Position numbers and translations under genes: made by a program. From Cetorhinus maximus (taxonomy: Eukaryota), in contig NC_135882.1 of assembly GCF_964194155.1 (NCBI RefSeq), forward strand, positions 1,426,001 through 1,490,000: 64,000 nucleotides of DNA. Reading direction: 5' to 3'. The notes under the pieces are model-generated. The model saw nothing but the letters and a program-made list of their open reading frames with translations. It had not been told where the DNA came from and did no database searches. Shown one piece after another: positions 38,069 through 49,914 of the stretch; position 1 is the stretch's first letter, and each line of letters starts with the position of its first letter.

Positions 38069-38894
38069 TCTTCATCTTAGGCAGTCCCTCAGGATCGAGG
38101 ATGACTTGCTTCCACTCCGGTTTGATAGATTCTGAGATGACTGATAAGTCCAATGCACGATCTGCAGACATTGCCACATGCGGGGCAGATGGTGCTTGAA
38201 AGGTTGGGTAGATGAGTTGTGCGCCCTCTCCAATGGCTCAACTTTGCCCCTGAGTGTTCCTGACAGTCTCTTGATGTGTTCAGTGCCTTCCTGGATGAAA
38301 CTTCTCCATTTTGATCAGTAAAAGGCCAGCAACCGAGTTCAGAATAGAGCAGTTGCTTTGGGAGACTAATGTCAGGCATTTGATTGTCATGTCTGTCCAG
38401 CAGAGCTGGTTCTGAGTGCCTAGCACCTCGATGCTGGGCATGTTGGTTTGGGAGAGGACGCTTGCTGTTGGACTAATTTAGAGGATCTTGCAAAGTCACT
38501 GCTGGTTATACTTCTCCAGTGCTTTGAGGTGCCTACAGTAGGTTGTGTATATCTTTGAAGCAGATAGGAACATGGGGATCACTACTGTCCGTGAAACCAA
38601 GACTTTAGTCTCTGGTGATCCTGATCCTCAAAAATGCTATCCTCAGCTGGCCAAAGGCTGAGCTGGCATATTGGAGGCAATGATGAATTTCATCATCTAT
38701 ATCTGCCTTCGTGAAGAAAAGGCTCCTAAGATATGGAAAATGGTCCACATTTTCCAGGAACTTGCCATTGACCTTAATCGATGGGGGTAAGTATTTTCTG
38801 TGGGAGCTGGTTGGAAGAAGACCTTAGGTTTCCAGATATTTAGTGAAAGCCCATTTTCTCATATGCTTCAGAGGAGGAGTCGACAGTGAGCTTG
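38069..38894 (-). mobile_element. RTE-clade LINE, 3' part (RT end, C-terminal CxxC..H finger)
   Basis: MPDISLPKQLLYSEL; ICPACGNVCRSCIGLISHLR; ENVDHFPYL.S-like motif; 3' end gggactgcctaagatgaaga. Confidence 0.8.
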
Positions 38895-40136
38895 TCAGAT
38901 GCCTCAGCGATTCCCCCTGTGGGATAAGTGAGCATCTCATGACTGGCTCACCCTAACAAGGATTAGCACACGACTGTCATCAGCACGTGAGGCAAAGGAG
39001 GGATTCTGTACTGACCTTGAGCAATCTCTGGGTGGGCGACACTTATCCTCCTTGGAGATTTCAATGCCATAGGCAGGAAAGTCTTTAGAAGGGTGTGATT
39101 AACAAGGAAGGAGTAGGGAGAACAAACTTCAGTGGAGTCCTGCTCTTGAGAAAATGTCTAGAACATGACCTTATTATAACCAACACCCTGTTCAGCCAGC
39201 GAGACGAGCACAAGCTCTAATGGCAACACCCATGATCCAGATACTTGCACGTGCTCAACTATGTCATTTGAGCAAGGGACCGCAGAGATGTCTACATCAC
39301 CTGCACCATGACATTATCTCAATGAGTTATCTCATTGAAGTATATGGAATTCTTACAGGACTCAACAGGGTAAATGGACAAAGTATGTTTTCCATGGTTA
39401 GGAGGTCTAGAACCAGGAGACACAGTCTCAGAATAAGAGGTAGGCCATTTAGGACTGAGATGAGGATGAGCCTCTTCACTCAGAGGGTGGTGAATATTTG
39501 GAATTCTCTATGCCAGAGAGCTGCAGAGGCTCAGTCATTGAGCATATTCAAGACTGAGATTGATAGATTTCTACACATTAATGATATCCAGGGATATGGG
39601 AATAGTGCAGGAAAATTGCATTGCAGCTGAAGATCAGCTACGATCTAGTTGAATGGCAGAGCAGGCTCGAGGGGCTGAACTCCTCCTATTCCCGATGTTC
39701 CTATAATAGGTACCGATGACTGCCAGAGCAATTGCTACCTTATCTGATCTGCCATCTCCAGCCTGGCCCCCAAACAAAGGTGGCAACAGAAGCAATGTTG
39801 CAAGAAAATTAACATCAAAGGCCTCAAATATCCCACCAAGGTCTTCGCCATCAGCATCTCACTGACAACCTCTCAACCTCCAGCCGCCAGGAGCTACAGT
39901 GTGCCCCATAGTGTCTGGCCAACCCTAAAGTCCATCTTAACAAGCACCTGCGAAGAGGCTCTTGGCCTCTCTACCAGGAAACATTGTATCTGGTTTGACA
40001 AAAACAGTCAAGAGATACTGGTCCTAATCAACCATAAGTGCAAAGCTTAAATGCAGACTTGAAACTTCACCACACCTCAAGAAAAAAGTAACAGTCCTAC
40101 AGGCATCTGAAGACAATGATACAGCATAAAACCCAA
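38895..40136 (+). mobile_element. RTE-clade LINE endonuclease/linker part (inverted), interrupted by a CR1 3' fragment (~39325-39705)
   Basis: LILLGDFNA; GVLLLRKCLEHDLIITNTLF; WQHP; WFDKNSQEI. The CR1 part reads RGRPFRTEMR..FTQRVVNIWNSL. Confidence 0.72.
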
Positions 40137-40639
40137 TGTATACATTACAAGGAACCCTACATCGTTATACTAGTCAGGGTGGATCAAGTCAGCAATGAGC
40201 CTTCTTGAAGTACGGAATCCAATGATTGATTCTCAGACTTGCTACAGATTCTCGTTTCTTGGTTACTATATCACGTCTCCACAACTTACCCAAGTCACTA
40301 ATCTTCCACTAGTGACCATTGTCGAACTCTATTGCAACATCCTCATAAATCCTCTCTCACTCATTTGTACAACGATAATTGAGAACAGTAGATTGTCTAT
40401 GATTGTGATGCTGGATACAATTCTGTGCATAGAATTTTATGTAGCTTATCTGACCTTCCTGAAATTTTAATCCAGATATTTGCATTGAGGATCCCATTCA
40501 GATCAAATCAAGTTTATCCAAACAATTTTCCAAGTTGCATTACAAATTCACCTGTGTAGTAAGAATCCAGACACCACAAAAGACCATTCAGCCTATTTCT
40601 TTAGACAGTCTTGCAGTAGGTGTCCAGATAATTTTCATT

Positions 40640-40960
40640 TCCTCGTATGGGTGAGTTCAGAACTAGGGGGCACTGTTTTAAAATTAGGGGTCACCCTTTT
40701 AGGACAGAGATGAGGAGAATTTTTTTCTCTGGGGGTTGTGCGACTTTGGAACTCTCTGCCTCAGAAGGTGAAGGAGGCAGGGCCATTGAATATTTTTAAG
40801 GCAGAGATAGATAGATTCTTGTTAGGCAAGGGAATCAGAGGTTATCGGGGGTAGATGGGAATGTGGAACTCGAAACACAAACAGGTCAGCCATGATCATA
40901 TTGAATGGCAGAGCAGGCTCGAGGGCCCGAATGGTCTACTTCTGTCTTTATTTCGTATGA
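40640..40960 (+). mobile_element. CR1 3' fragment
   Basis: agaactagggggcac..aggacagagatgaggag..gaatggcagagcaggctcgaggg. Confidence 0.85.
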
Positions 40961-42731
40961 TTATATTTCTGTTTTCTTTTGGCACTACATTTGTATTTTT
41001 ATTGGCTCCAGAATCTGCCATTTCTTTTTTAAACACTAATTGATAGCTGTCTCGTCCACTGATGCTTGGTGGCAGACTGTCCCAAATGCTAACAAATGTG
41101 TTCCAGCAAAGTCCTGGCACCAGGTGTGATCTATGTTCTTTAGGGAAGGAAATCTACCATCCTTACCTGGTCTGGCCTATATGTGAACCCAGACCTACAG
41201 AAATGTGGTTGACTCTTAAATGCCCTCTGAAATGGCCTAGCAAGACACTCAGTTGTATCAAACCACTGTGAAGTTAGCAAAAAGGAATGAAACCGGATGG
41301 ATCACCCAGCATTGACCTTGGCAGTGGAAATGACAACAGCACACCCAGCCCTGTTAACCCTGCAAAGTCCTCCTTACTAACATCTGGAGGCTTGTACCAA
41401 AATTGGGAGAGCTGTCTCACAAACAAGTCAAGCAACAGCCTGACAGTCATACTTATGGAATCATATCTTGCAGTTCATGTCCCATCACCATCCCTGCGTA
41501 TGCCCTGTCCCACCAGCAGGACAGACCCAGCAGAGGTGGCGGCACAGTGGTATACAGTCGGGAGAGAGTTGCCCTGGGAGTTCTCAACATTAACTCTGGA
41601 CTCCATGAAGTCTCATGGCATCAGGTCAAATGTGGGTAAGGAAACCTCCTGCTGATACCATGGACTGCTCTCCTTCAACTGATGAATCAGTGCTCCTCCA
41701 TGTTGAACACCACTTGGAGAAAGCACTGAGGTTGGCTAGGGCACAAAATGTACTCTGGGTGAGGGACTTCAATGTCCATCACCAAGAGTGGCTCGGTAGC
41801 ACCACTAGTGACCGAGCTGGCTGAGTCCTAAAGGACATAACTGCTAAACTGGGTCTGAGGGAACCAACAAGTGGGAAAAACCTGCTTGACCTCATCCTCA
41901 CCTCTACCTGTCACAGATCCCATCTGTCCATGACACAGTCCTTGGCCATACACAGTCCTTGTAGAGACGAAGTCCCATCTTCATATTGAGGATACCTTCT
42001 ATCATGTTGTGTGGCACTACCACCGTGCTGAATAGAATAGATTTAGAACCGATCTAGCAACACAAGACTGGGCATCTATGAGGCACTGTGGGCCAACCCG
42101 GTGAAGTTAAAGCACAGGACTACATGCTTGCCAAACAGCATAAGCAGCAAGTGATAGACAGAGCTAAGCAATCTCACAACCAATAGATCAGATCTAAGCT
42201 CTGCAGTCCTGCCACATCCAGTCGTGAATGGTGGTGGACAGTTAAACAACTAATTTTCTCCAGCCTCAGTGATGGGGGAGCCCTACACCACCTTGCAAAA
42301 GACAAGGCTGAAGCTTTTGCAACTATCTTCAACCAGAAGTGCCGAGTGAGTGGTTCATCCACCTTGATCTCTACGGAGGTCCCCAGCGTCACTGATGTCA
42401 GTCTTCAGCCAATTCGATCCACTCCATGTGATATCAAGAAACATTGAAGGCACTGGATACCACAAAAGCTATGGGCCCTGACAACACTTCAGCAAAAGTA
42501 CTGAAGGCTTGTGCTCCAGAGCTAGCTGCATCCTTAGCCAAGCTGTTCCAGTGCAGCTACAACACTGGCATCTACCTGGCAACGTGAAAAACTGCCCACG
42601 TATGTGCTGCCCACAAAAAGAAGGACAAATCCAACCTGGCTAATTACCACCCTGTCAGTCTATTCTCAATCATCAGCAGAATGATGGAAGGGGTTGTTGA
42701 CAGTGCTATCAAGCAGCATTTACTTAGTTAT

Positions 42732-43874
42732 CCGCCCTCACACCTTCCTCTCCCCCCCAGAAACATGATAGGGTCCCCCTTGTCCTCACTTATCACCCCA
42801 CCAGCCTCCGCATTCAAAGGATCATCCTCCGCCATTTCCGCAAACTCCATGATGCCACCACCAAACACATCTTCCCTTCACCACCCCGGCAGCATTCCGC
42901 AGGGATTGTTCCCTCCGGAACACCCTGGTCCACTCCTCCATCACCCCCTACGCCTCAATCCCCTCCCACGGTACCTTCCCATGCAACCGCAGAAGGTGCA
43001 ACACCTGCCCCTTTACTTCCCCTCTCCTCACCGTCCAAGGGCCCAAACACTCCTTTCAAGTGAAGCAGCATTTCACTTGCACTTCCCTCAATTTAGTCTA
43101 CTGCATTCGCTGCTCCAATGCGGTTTCCTCTACATTGCAGAGATGAAACACAGACTGGGTGATTGCTTTGCAGAACACCTTCGGTCTGTCTGCAAGCATT
43201 ACCCAGACCTCCCTGTCGCTTGCCATTTCAACACTCCACCCTGCTCTCATGCCCACATGTCCGTCCTTGGCTCACTGCATTGTTCCAGTGAGGCTCAATG
43301 CAAACTGGAGGAACAGCACCTCATCTTCCGACTAGGCACTTTACAGCCTTCTGGACTGAATATTGAGTTCAACAATTTTAGATCATGAACTCTCTCCTCC
43401 ATCCCCACCCCCTTTCCGATTGTTCCCCCCCCCCTCCTCTTTTTCCAATAATTTATATAGATTTTTCTTTTCCCACCTATTTCCATTATTTTTAAATGTA
43501 TATCCATCCATTGTTTTATCTCTACCTTTTAGCCTATTTCAATCCCTTCACCCCACCCCACCCCCACTAGGGCTATCTGTACCTTGCTCGTCCTGCTTTC
43601 TACCCTTAATTAGCACATTCCTTAGATAATATCACCACCTTCAACACCTCTTTGTCCTTTTGTCTGTGACATCTTTTGGTTATCTCCACTTATCACTGGC
43701 CTTCTATCCAGCTCTACTTGTCCCAACCCCCCCTTAAACCAGTTTATATTTCACCTCTCTTCTATTTTTACTTAGTTCTGTTGAAGGGTCATTCGGACTC
43801 GAAACGTTAACTGTATTCCTCTCCGCAGATGCTGCCAGACCTGCTGAGTTTTTCCAGGTATTTTTGTTTTTGTT
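42732..43874 (+). mobile_element. 5'-truncated Penelope-like element with GIY-YIG remnant, inserted into LINE-B
   Basis: CGFLYIAEMKHRLGDCFAEH..LGTLQPSGLNIEFNNFRS. Reverse complement closely matches 36700-37850. 12-bp TSD ttacttagttat / ttatttagttat. Confidence 0.92.
43773..43813 (+). ncRNA. Minimal hammerhead ribozyme-like motif (variant CUGUUGA core)
   Basis: tagtt-CTGTTGA-a-gggtc-attcg-gactc-GAAAC-GTT-aactg: stem I, core, stem II and palindromic AACGTT stem III. Confidence 0.55.
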
Positions 43875-43967
43875 TTATTTAGTTATAACCTGCTCACTGA
43901 TGTTCAGTTTGGATTCTGTCAGGCCCACTCAGCTCTTGACATCATTACAGCCTTAGTCCAAACATGG

Positions 43968-45219
43968 TAGAATCTAATACTAGAATCGATTCTCAAGGGT
44001 CTGATAACTGGGCAATTCGAAAACAATGGTGAGATTGGGCCCAATAGATAAGGGAGAACCAGTGGATGTGGTTTATTTGGATTTTCAGAAGGCTTTCGCT
44101 AAGGCCCTACACAGGAGGTTAATAAGCAAAATTAGAGCTCATAGGATTGGGGGAAATATACTGGTATGGATTGAGGATTGGTTCAGGGACAGAAGACAGA
44201 GAGTAGGGATGAACGGATCATTCTCGGGTTGGCAGGCTGAGAGTGGTGGGGTACCGCAAACATCTGTTCTTGGGCCCCAGCTATTCAAAATCTTTATCAA
44301 TGATTTGGATGTGGGGCCCAAATGTGTTATTTCCAAGTTTGCAGATGACAAAACTTGGTGGGAATATGAATTGTGAGGAGGATGCAAAGAGGCTTCAATG
44401 AGATTTAGACAGGCTAAGTGAGTGGGCAAGAAAATGGCAGAGGGAACATGATGTGGAAAATGTGAACTTATCCACTTTGGGAGGAAAAACAAATGTAGAG
44501 TATTTCTTAAATAGGGCGAGATTGGGAAGTGCTGATGTCTAAAGAGACTTGGGTGTTCTTGTTCTTAAGTCACTGAAAACTAATATGCAGGTGCAACAAG
44601 CAATTAGGAAGGCAAATGGTATGTTAGCCTTTATTGAAAGGGATTTGAGTACAGGAATAAGGAATTATATGGAGCCTTGGTGAGACTTCACCCGGAGTAT
44701 TGTGTACAGTTTTTGCCTCCTTACCTAAGGAAGGATATACTGGCTATAGAGAGAGTGCAACAAAGGTTCAAGCTAATCCTGGGGATGGTGGGAGGAAATT
44801 TTGAGAAGACTGGGCCTGTAATCTCTAGAGGTTAGATTTGAGAGGTGATCTCATTGAAGTGTATAAAATTCTTACAGGGTTCAACAGGGTAAATGCAGGA
44901 AGGATGTTTCCTCTGGCTTGGGGGGTCTAGAACCAGGGGACACAGTCTCAGAACAAGACAAAGGCCATTTAGGACCGAGATGAGGAGGAATTTCTTCACT
45001 CAGCGGGTGGTGAATCTTTGGAATTCTCTGTCCCAGAGGGCTGTGGAGGTTGTCATTGAGTATGTTCAAAGCAGAGGTAAATAGATTTCTAGATTCCAAT
45101 GACATTAAGCGATATGGGGATAGTGCAGGAACATGGCATTGAGGTCGAAGTTCAGGCATGATCTAGTTAAACGGTGGAGCAGGTTTGAGGGGCCGAATGG
45201 CCTACTCCTCCTAAGTTCC
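43968..45219 (+). mobile_element. CR1 RT-3' fragment inserted into LINE-B
   Basis: DKGEPVDVVYLDFQKAF; GVPQTSVLGPQLFKIFINDLD; SKFADD; RRNFFTQRVVNLWNSL. Confidence 0.92.
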
Positions 45220-47793
45220 AATGGACAAAAGAGCTGAACTCCAGAGGTGAGGTGAGAGTGACTGCCCTTGACATCAAGGCAGCATTTGACTGAGTGTGGC
45301 ACCAAAGAGCCCGAGCAAAACTGGAGTCAATGGGAATCAGGTAGAAAGCTCTCCACTGGTTGGAGTAATACCTAGCACAAAGGAAGATGGTTGTGGTTGT
45401 TGGAGATCAATCATCTCAGTCCCAGGACATCACTGCAGGAGTTCCTCAGGGTAGTGTTCAAGACTCAATCACCTTCAGCTGCTTCTTCAATGACCTTCCC
45501 TCCATCATAAGGTCAGAAGCGGGGATGTTCACTTCTGATTACACAATGTTCAGTTCCATTCACAACTCCTCAGATACTGAAGCAGTCCATGCCCATATGC
45601 AGCAAGACCTGGACAATATTCAGGCTGGGGCTGATAAGTGGCAAGTAACATTCGTGCCACACAAATGCCAGGCAATGACCATCTCCAATGAAAGAATCTA
45701 ACCATCTCCCCTTGACATTCAATGGCATTACCATCATTGAATCTCCCACTATCAACATCCTGGGGTTACCATTGACTAGAAACTGAACTGGACTAGCCAT
45801 ATAAATACTGTGGCCACAAGAGCAGGTCAGAGGCTAGGAATTCTGTGACGAGTAACTCACCTCCTGACTCTCTAAAGCCTGTCCACCATCTACAAGGCAC
45901 AAGTCAGGAGTGTGATGGAATACTCCCCACATGCCTGGATGGGTGCAGCTCCCACAACACTCAAGAAGCTTGACACCATCCAGTACAAAGCAGCCCGCTT
46001 GATTGACACCGCTACCACCACCTTCAAAATCCACTCCCTCTACCATCAACGCACAGTAGCAGCAGTGTGTACCATCTACAAGATGCACTGCAGCAACTCA
46101 CCAAGGCTCCTTTGACAGCACCTTCCAAACCTGTGACCTCTGCCACTGGGAATGACAAGGGCAGCAGATGCATGTGAACACCACCACCTGTAAGTCCCCC
46201 CCCCAAGACACTCACCATCCTGACTTGGAAATATATCGCCGTTCCTTCACTGTTGCTGGGTCAAAATCCTGGAACTCCCTCCCTAACAGCACTGTGGGTT
46301 TACCTGCACCATATGGACTGCAGCGGTTCAAGAACGCAGCCCACTACCACCTTCTCAGGGGCAATTGAAGATGGGCAATAAAAATGCTGGCCTAGCCAGT
46401 GATGTCCACATTTTGTGAAAGAATAGAAAAAATATATGGCTATGACATGAAAGGTGATACAAGGCAAATTTGAACGGCATTCATTTGTTGTCCACTGCAA
46501 GTGGTACCAGCCTCAAAGAAGTTCAGCTCCAAGCCTTTGGTGTGGAACCGTCCTGCAGAGAACCTGTTTTTTGGAATGTGAGCAACAGTGTCAAGACATT
46601 TAAGGGTCAGCCAATCACATGAGGCTGGAGTTACCTGTTGGCCAGGCTGGAGAGAGTGGCATGTTCCTTTCCCTTTCCTTCCCTTACCTTCCCTTACCTG
46701 AAGGGCATTGGTAACTGGTTGGAGTTTTGCAACAGACAACAGGCCTCACAGTTACTTGTCTGGTATTGGATTCAGTTTCATAGCTTTCGCTATGCTGCAA
46801 TTTGAGCTTGTGACCTCTGGCCTACCGATTCCGTTTCTTGGTTCCATTAAATGGGAATTTTGCTCTATGTAAAGCTAAAAGTAAGCACAACAGAAATGGT
46901 TTGAAAATTCAATTCTATGCCATTTGTGTGGCGAACCATGTTGAACCATAATGTGCTGGATCCAGGTGGCAACATTCACCATTCAATAGGATCATGGCTG
47001 ATCTTCAACCTCATCTGCACTTTCCTGCCTTCCCCATATCCCTTGGTTCCCTTAGTGTCCAAAAATCTACCAGTTCAAAAGAGCAATATCCAACAAAATT
47101 CATCAGATTTACAAAAACAACCTAAAAAAACCACATTTAAGATTATTGACATGTTCATAAAACTATTTTTCATAGAACTTGTGCCCCCTTCAATGTTTCT
47201 AATAGCACGGCCTTTGTCTTTGATCCATGGGATGTGTGCATCATTGGCAAGGCCAGTAATTATTGCTCATCCCCAATTGCCCTTGAGAAGGGGGTGACAG
47301 CATTCGCTATCCTGTTGACTCCTTTCCCAGAAACAATGGCCCCGAGAGGGATATACTAAAATAACCTGATTCTAGGAGTGGGCAGCTGCCCAGCTATTCC
47401 AATGTCAATATTTACATTAAAAGGTGGTGAGAAGCGGTCAGGTGATATCTTACTCTCACAGTTCAGGAAATTGGTTAGAGGATGCTGACTGTGAGAGAAC
47501 CATTGACATGTTCCAGATCAGCAGTTTTGCAGTTGTAACATGGATTTTGGTATAAATTTATAATCCTTGTTCACTCAAAGAGCCTTTTACAACCAGTATG
47601 GTATCATGTCATGCATTCTTTTAGTTGACATTGATAAAAGTTTAATTTCTTTTCCCCTTTCCATGTAACGTTGCCAGTATTTTTAATGGGACCCTTGTGA
47701 CAAGCAGCATATTTTTTTCAAAGGGCTCCTGTTGGAAATGTAAAGCTTGTTATTTGAATAAATATAATATAATTACCGTTGCATTTGTTTCAG

Positions 47794-47976
47794 CTTACAG
47801 CTCTCGCTGATGCTGCGGAAGAAAATCAGGCCAACTTGTACCAAGTTTTCACCAGGTTGAAGAGTGGCACCCAGTTGTTGGTCCAGTTGATTGGCCTGTG
47901 GCAAGACCTGAGCATAGACCAGATGACCATACTGAAGGCTACCTTTCTACCACTGATGCAGGATAGCCAGGAATTA
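47794..47976 (+). CDS. Internal coding exon (183 bp, phase 0-0) of an unidentified host gene: LTALADAAEENQANLYQVFTRLKSGTQLLVQLIGLWQDLSIDQMTILKATFLPLMQDSQEL
   Basis: Acceptor ttgcatttgtttcag|, donor |gtaagt, 61 open codons, GC above the AT-rich flanks, not repeat-like, helical-looking peptide. Confidence 0.72.
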
Positions 47977-49289
47977 GTAAGTGCCCTGTAAGGTTGTAGA
48001 ATAAATGATCTCCCTGCAGGGATGTTCATTTATGAACGCTTTTGCCAACCATTTAATGCTGCAGATGTTCTCCAAATGGCACTGAATTCTTCACTTGTGA
48101 GTTATTTCTAAATTTGGTTTTTCTTAAGTAGAGATTCTTGGGGTATCCATTTATAATTTACAGAAATCATAACTGTCATATTATGTTTAAACGAGAACTG
48201 CAGTATAGTACAAATAAAAAATAGATATTAGCACCACCTTGAATACATTCCCATAAGAAGATAAGCCAGAGACAGTGGAGGCAGGATCATTGATAATTTT
48301 TAAGGCAGAGATAGATGGCTTCTTGACTAACAGGAGAGTCAAAGGTGGAATGTGGAGTTGAGGTCACATTCAGATCAGCTGTGATCTTACTGAATGGCGG
48401 AGCAGTCTCGAGGGGCCTACTCCTGCCCCCAATTTCATATGTTCATATGCCATAACGATGACCTAAGACAGCATATGAATGCAGTCCATTTCTTTCTCCC
48501 TCTGTTATCAAAAATCTTCTGCACAAGAATTTGTTTTGTTAGTTCCTCTACAGGATATAGTTCATTCTCTCTGCAGAGCTGAAAACTGAGTGAAGTGAAT
48601 GCTCAATTAGCTTCAGTACTACTTGTCATTAATTTCATGGGGACCTTTCCTTACACACTAGTCAAATGTTTTCTGGCTTTAACAAAATTACATCAGACAA
48701 AAATGTCTATTGAATGCTTTTTCATTGCATTTCTTATAAAATAAAGGGTCATTTATCCCCAGTTCCTGAATGAGAAGTTTCATTCAAACAAGTATATGTA
48801 AAAATGTATTTGAAGTTGTCTAAGTGTCGCAGAAAAGAAGTCTCTCTGGTAAATCTTAATGAATCTTCTGATTTCATCAGCATTCAAGGCTCCATCAATC
48901 AATTCGACTTGTCCTCAGTGTTCAAATATTCTGACTTATTACTCTGTTTTTCAAGCCATATCTGTCACTGGCTTGATACACAAAACTATTACTCCCTCAA
49001 CAACACAACCACATGTGACACCGCAGGCATCCCAAGTCTGTGTAGTCTACTCGCTACCCACATTGCCTTCTCCAAACATGCTGTAACAAGGAAACTTATA
49101 ACATGTTTCGTTGAGAGATTGAAGCCATTGCCTTAGATGACATCAAATGCTGAGGAGCCTCAGGCTCCTCTTCAAATACTCCGTTATCATCCAAAAAAGT
49201 TAAAGATACCCCTAGCCTCTCTTATCTACCATCAACCATCTTCTTAATCCCCTCTCCCCTGCCCTTTGTACCCTTGCTTCCAACATATG

Positions 49290-49845
49290 AACATATTAAT
49301 TAGAAGCAGGAGTAGACCAGTCGGCCCCTTGAGCCTGCTTCACCATTCAATAAGATCATGGCTAACCTGACTGTAACCTCAACTCCGCATTCCCACCTAC
49401 CCCCTATAACATTTCACCACTTTGCTTTTCAAGAACCTATCTACCTCTGCCTTAAAAATATTCAAAGAATCTGCTTCCACTGTCCTTTGAGGAAGAGAGT
49501 TCCAAAGACTCATGACGTTCTGAGAGAAAAAAATTCTCATCTCTGTCTTAATGGGTGACCCCTTATTTTTAAACAGTGACCCCTAGTTCTAGATTGCCCC
49601 ACAAGAGAAAACATCCCCTTCACATACGCCTCGTCAAGACGCCTCAGGATCTTGTGTTTCAATCAAGTCGCCTCTTACTCTTCTAAACTCCAGCGGGTCC
49701 AAGCCTAGTCCGTCTAACTTTTTTCATAACACAACCTGCCCATTCCAGTAATAGCTAAGTAAACCTTCTCAACTGTTTCCAATATATTTACATCCTTCCT
49801 AAATAAGTATTCCAGATGTAGTCTTACCAGTGCCCTAACAACTAG
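49290..49845 (-). mobile_element. CR1 3' fragment
   Basis: gcaggagtagacc..gcccctt.gagcctgct..ccattcaataagatcatggct..ctctgccttaaaaatattcaa. Confidence 0.85.
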
Positions 49846-49914
49846 TGTGATGAGCTTATGCACTTCTTTCTCAATCAGGTTGAGGTCAGCCATTCAGCTG
49901 CTTCTGCTGCTTCC

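Larger units (their letters stand above)
41131..46430 (+). mobile_element. LINE-B (CR1/L2-group EN+RT element), near full length, in three pieces: ~41131-42731, ~43875-43967, ~45220-46430
   Basis: EN: LTNIW.LVPKLGEL..PD.VILMESYL, DRPSRGGGTVVY, DFNVHHQEWL. RT: NLANYHPVSLFSIISRMMEG, GVPQGSV..FSCFFNDLP, QQDLDNIQA.ADKWQV. Tail gatgggcaataaaa. Confidence 0.87.

Noticed and set aside
42681-43388. 235-aa ORF as a novel gene
   Set aside because: Chimera of LINE-B RT, an out-of-frame Penelope segment and the GIY-YIG end.
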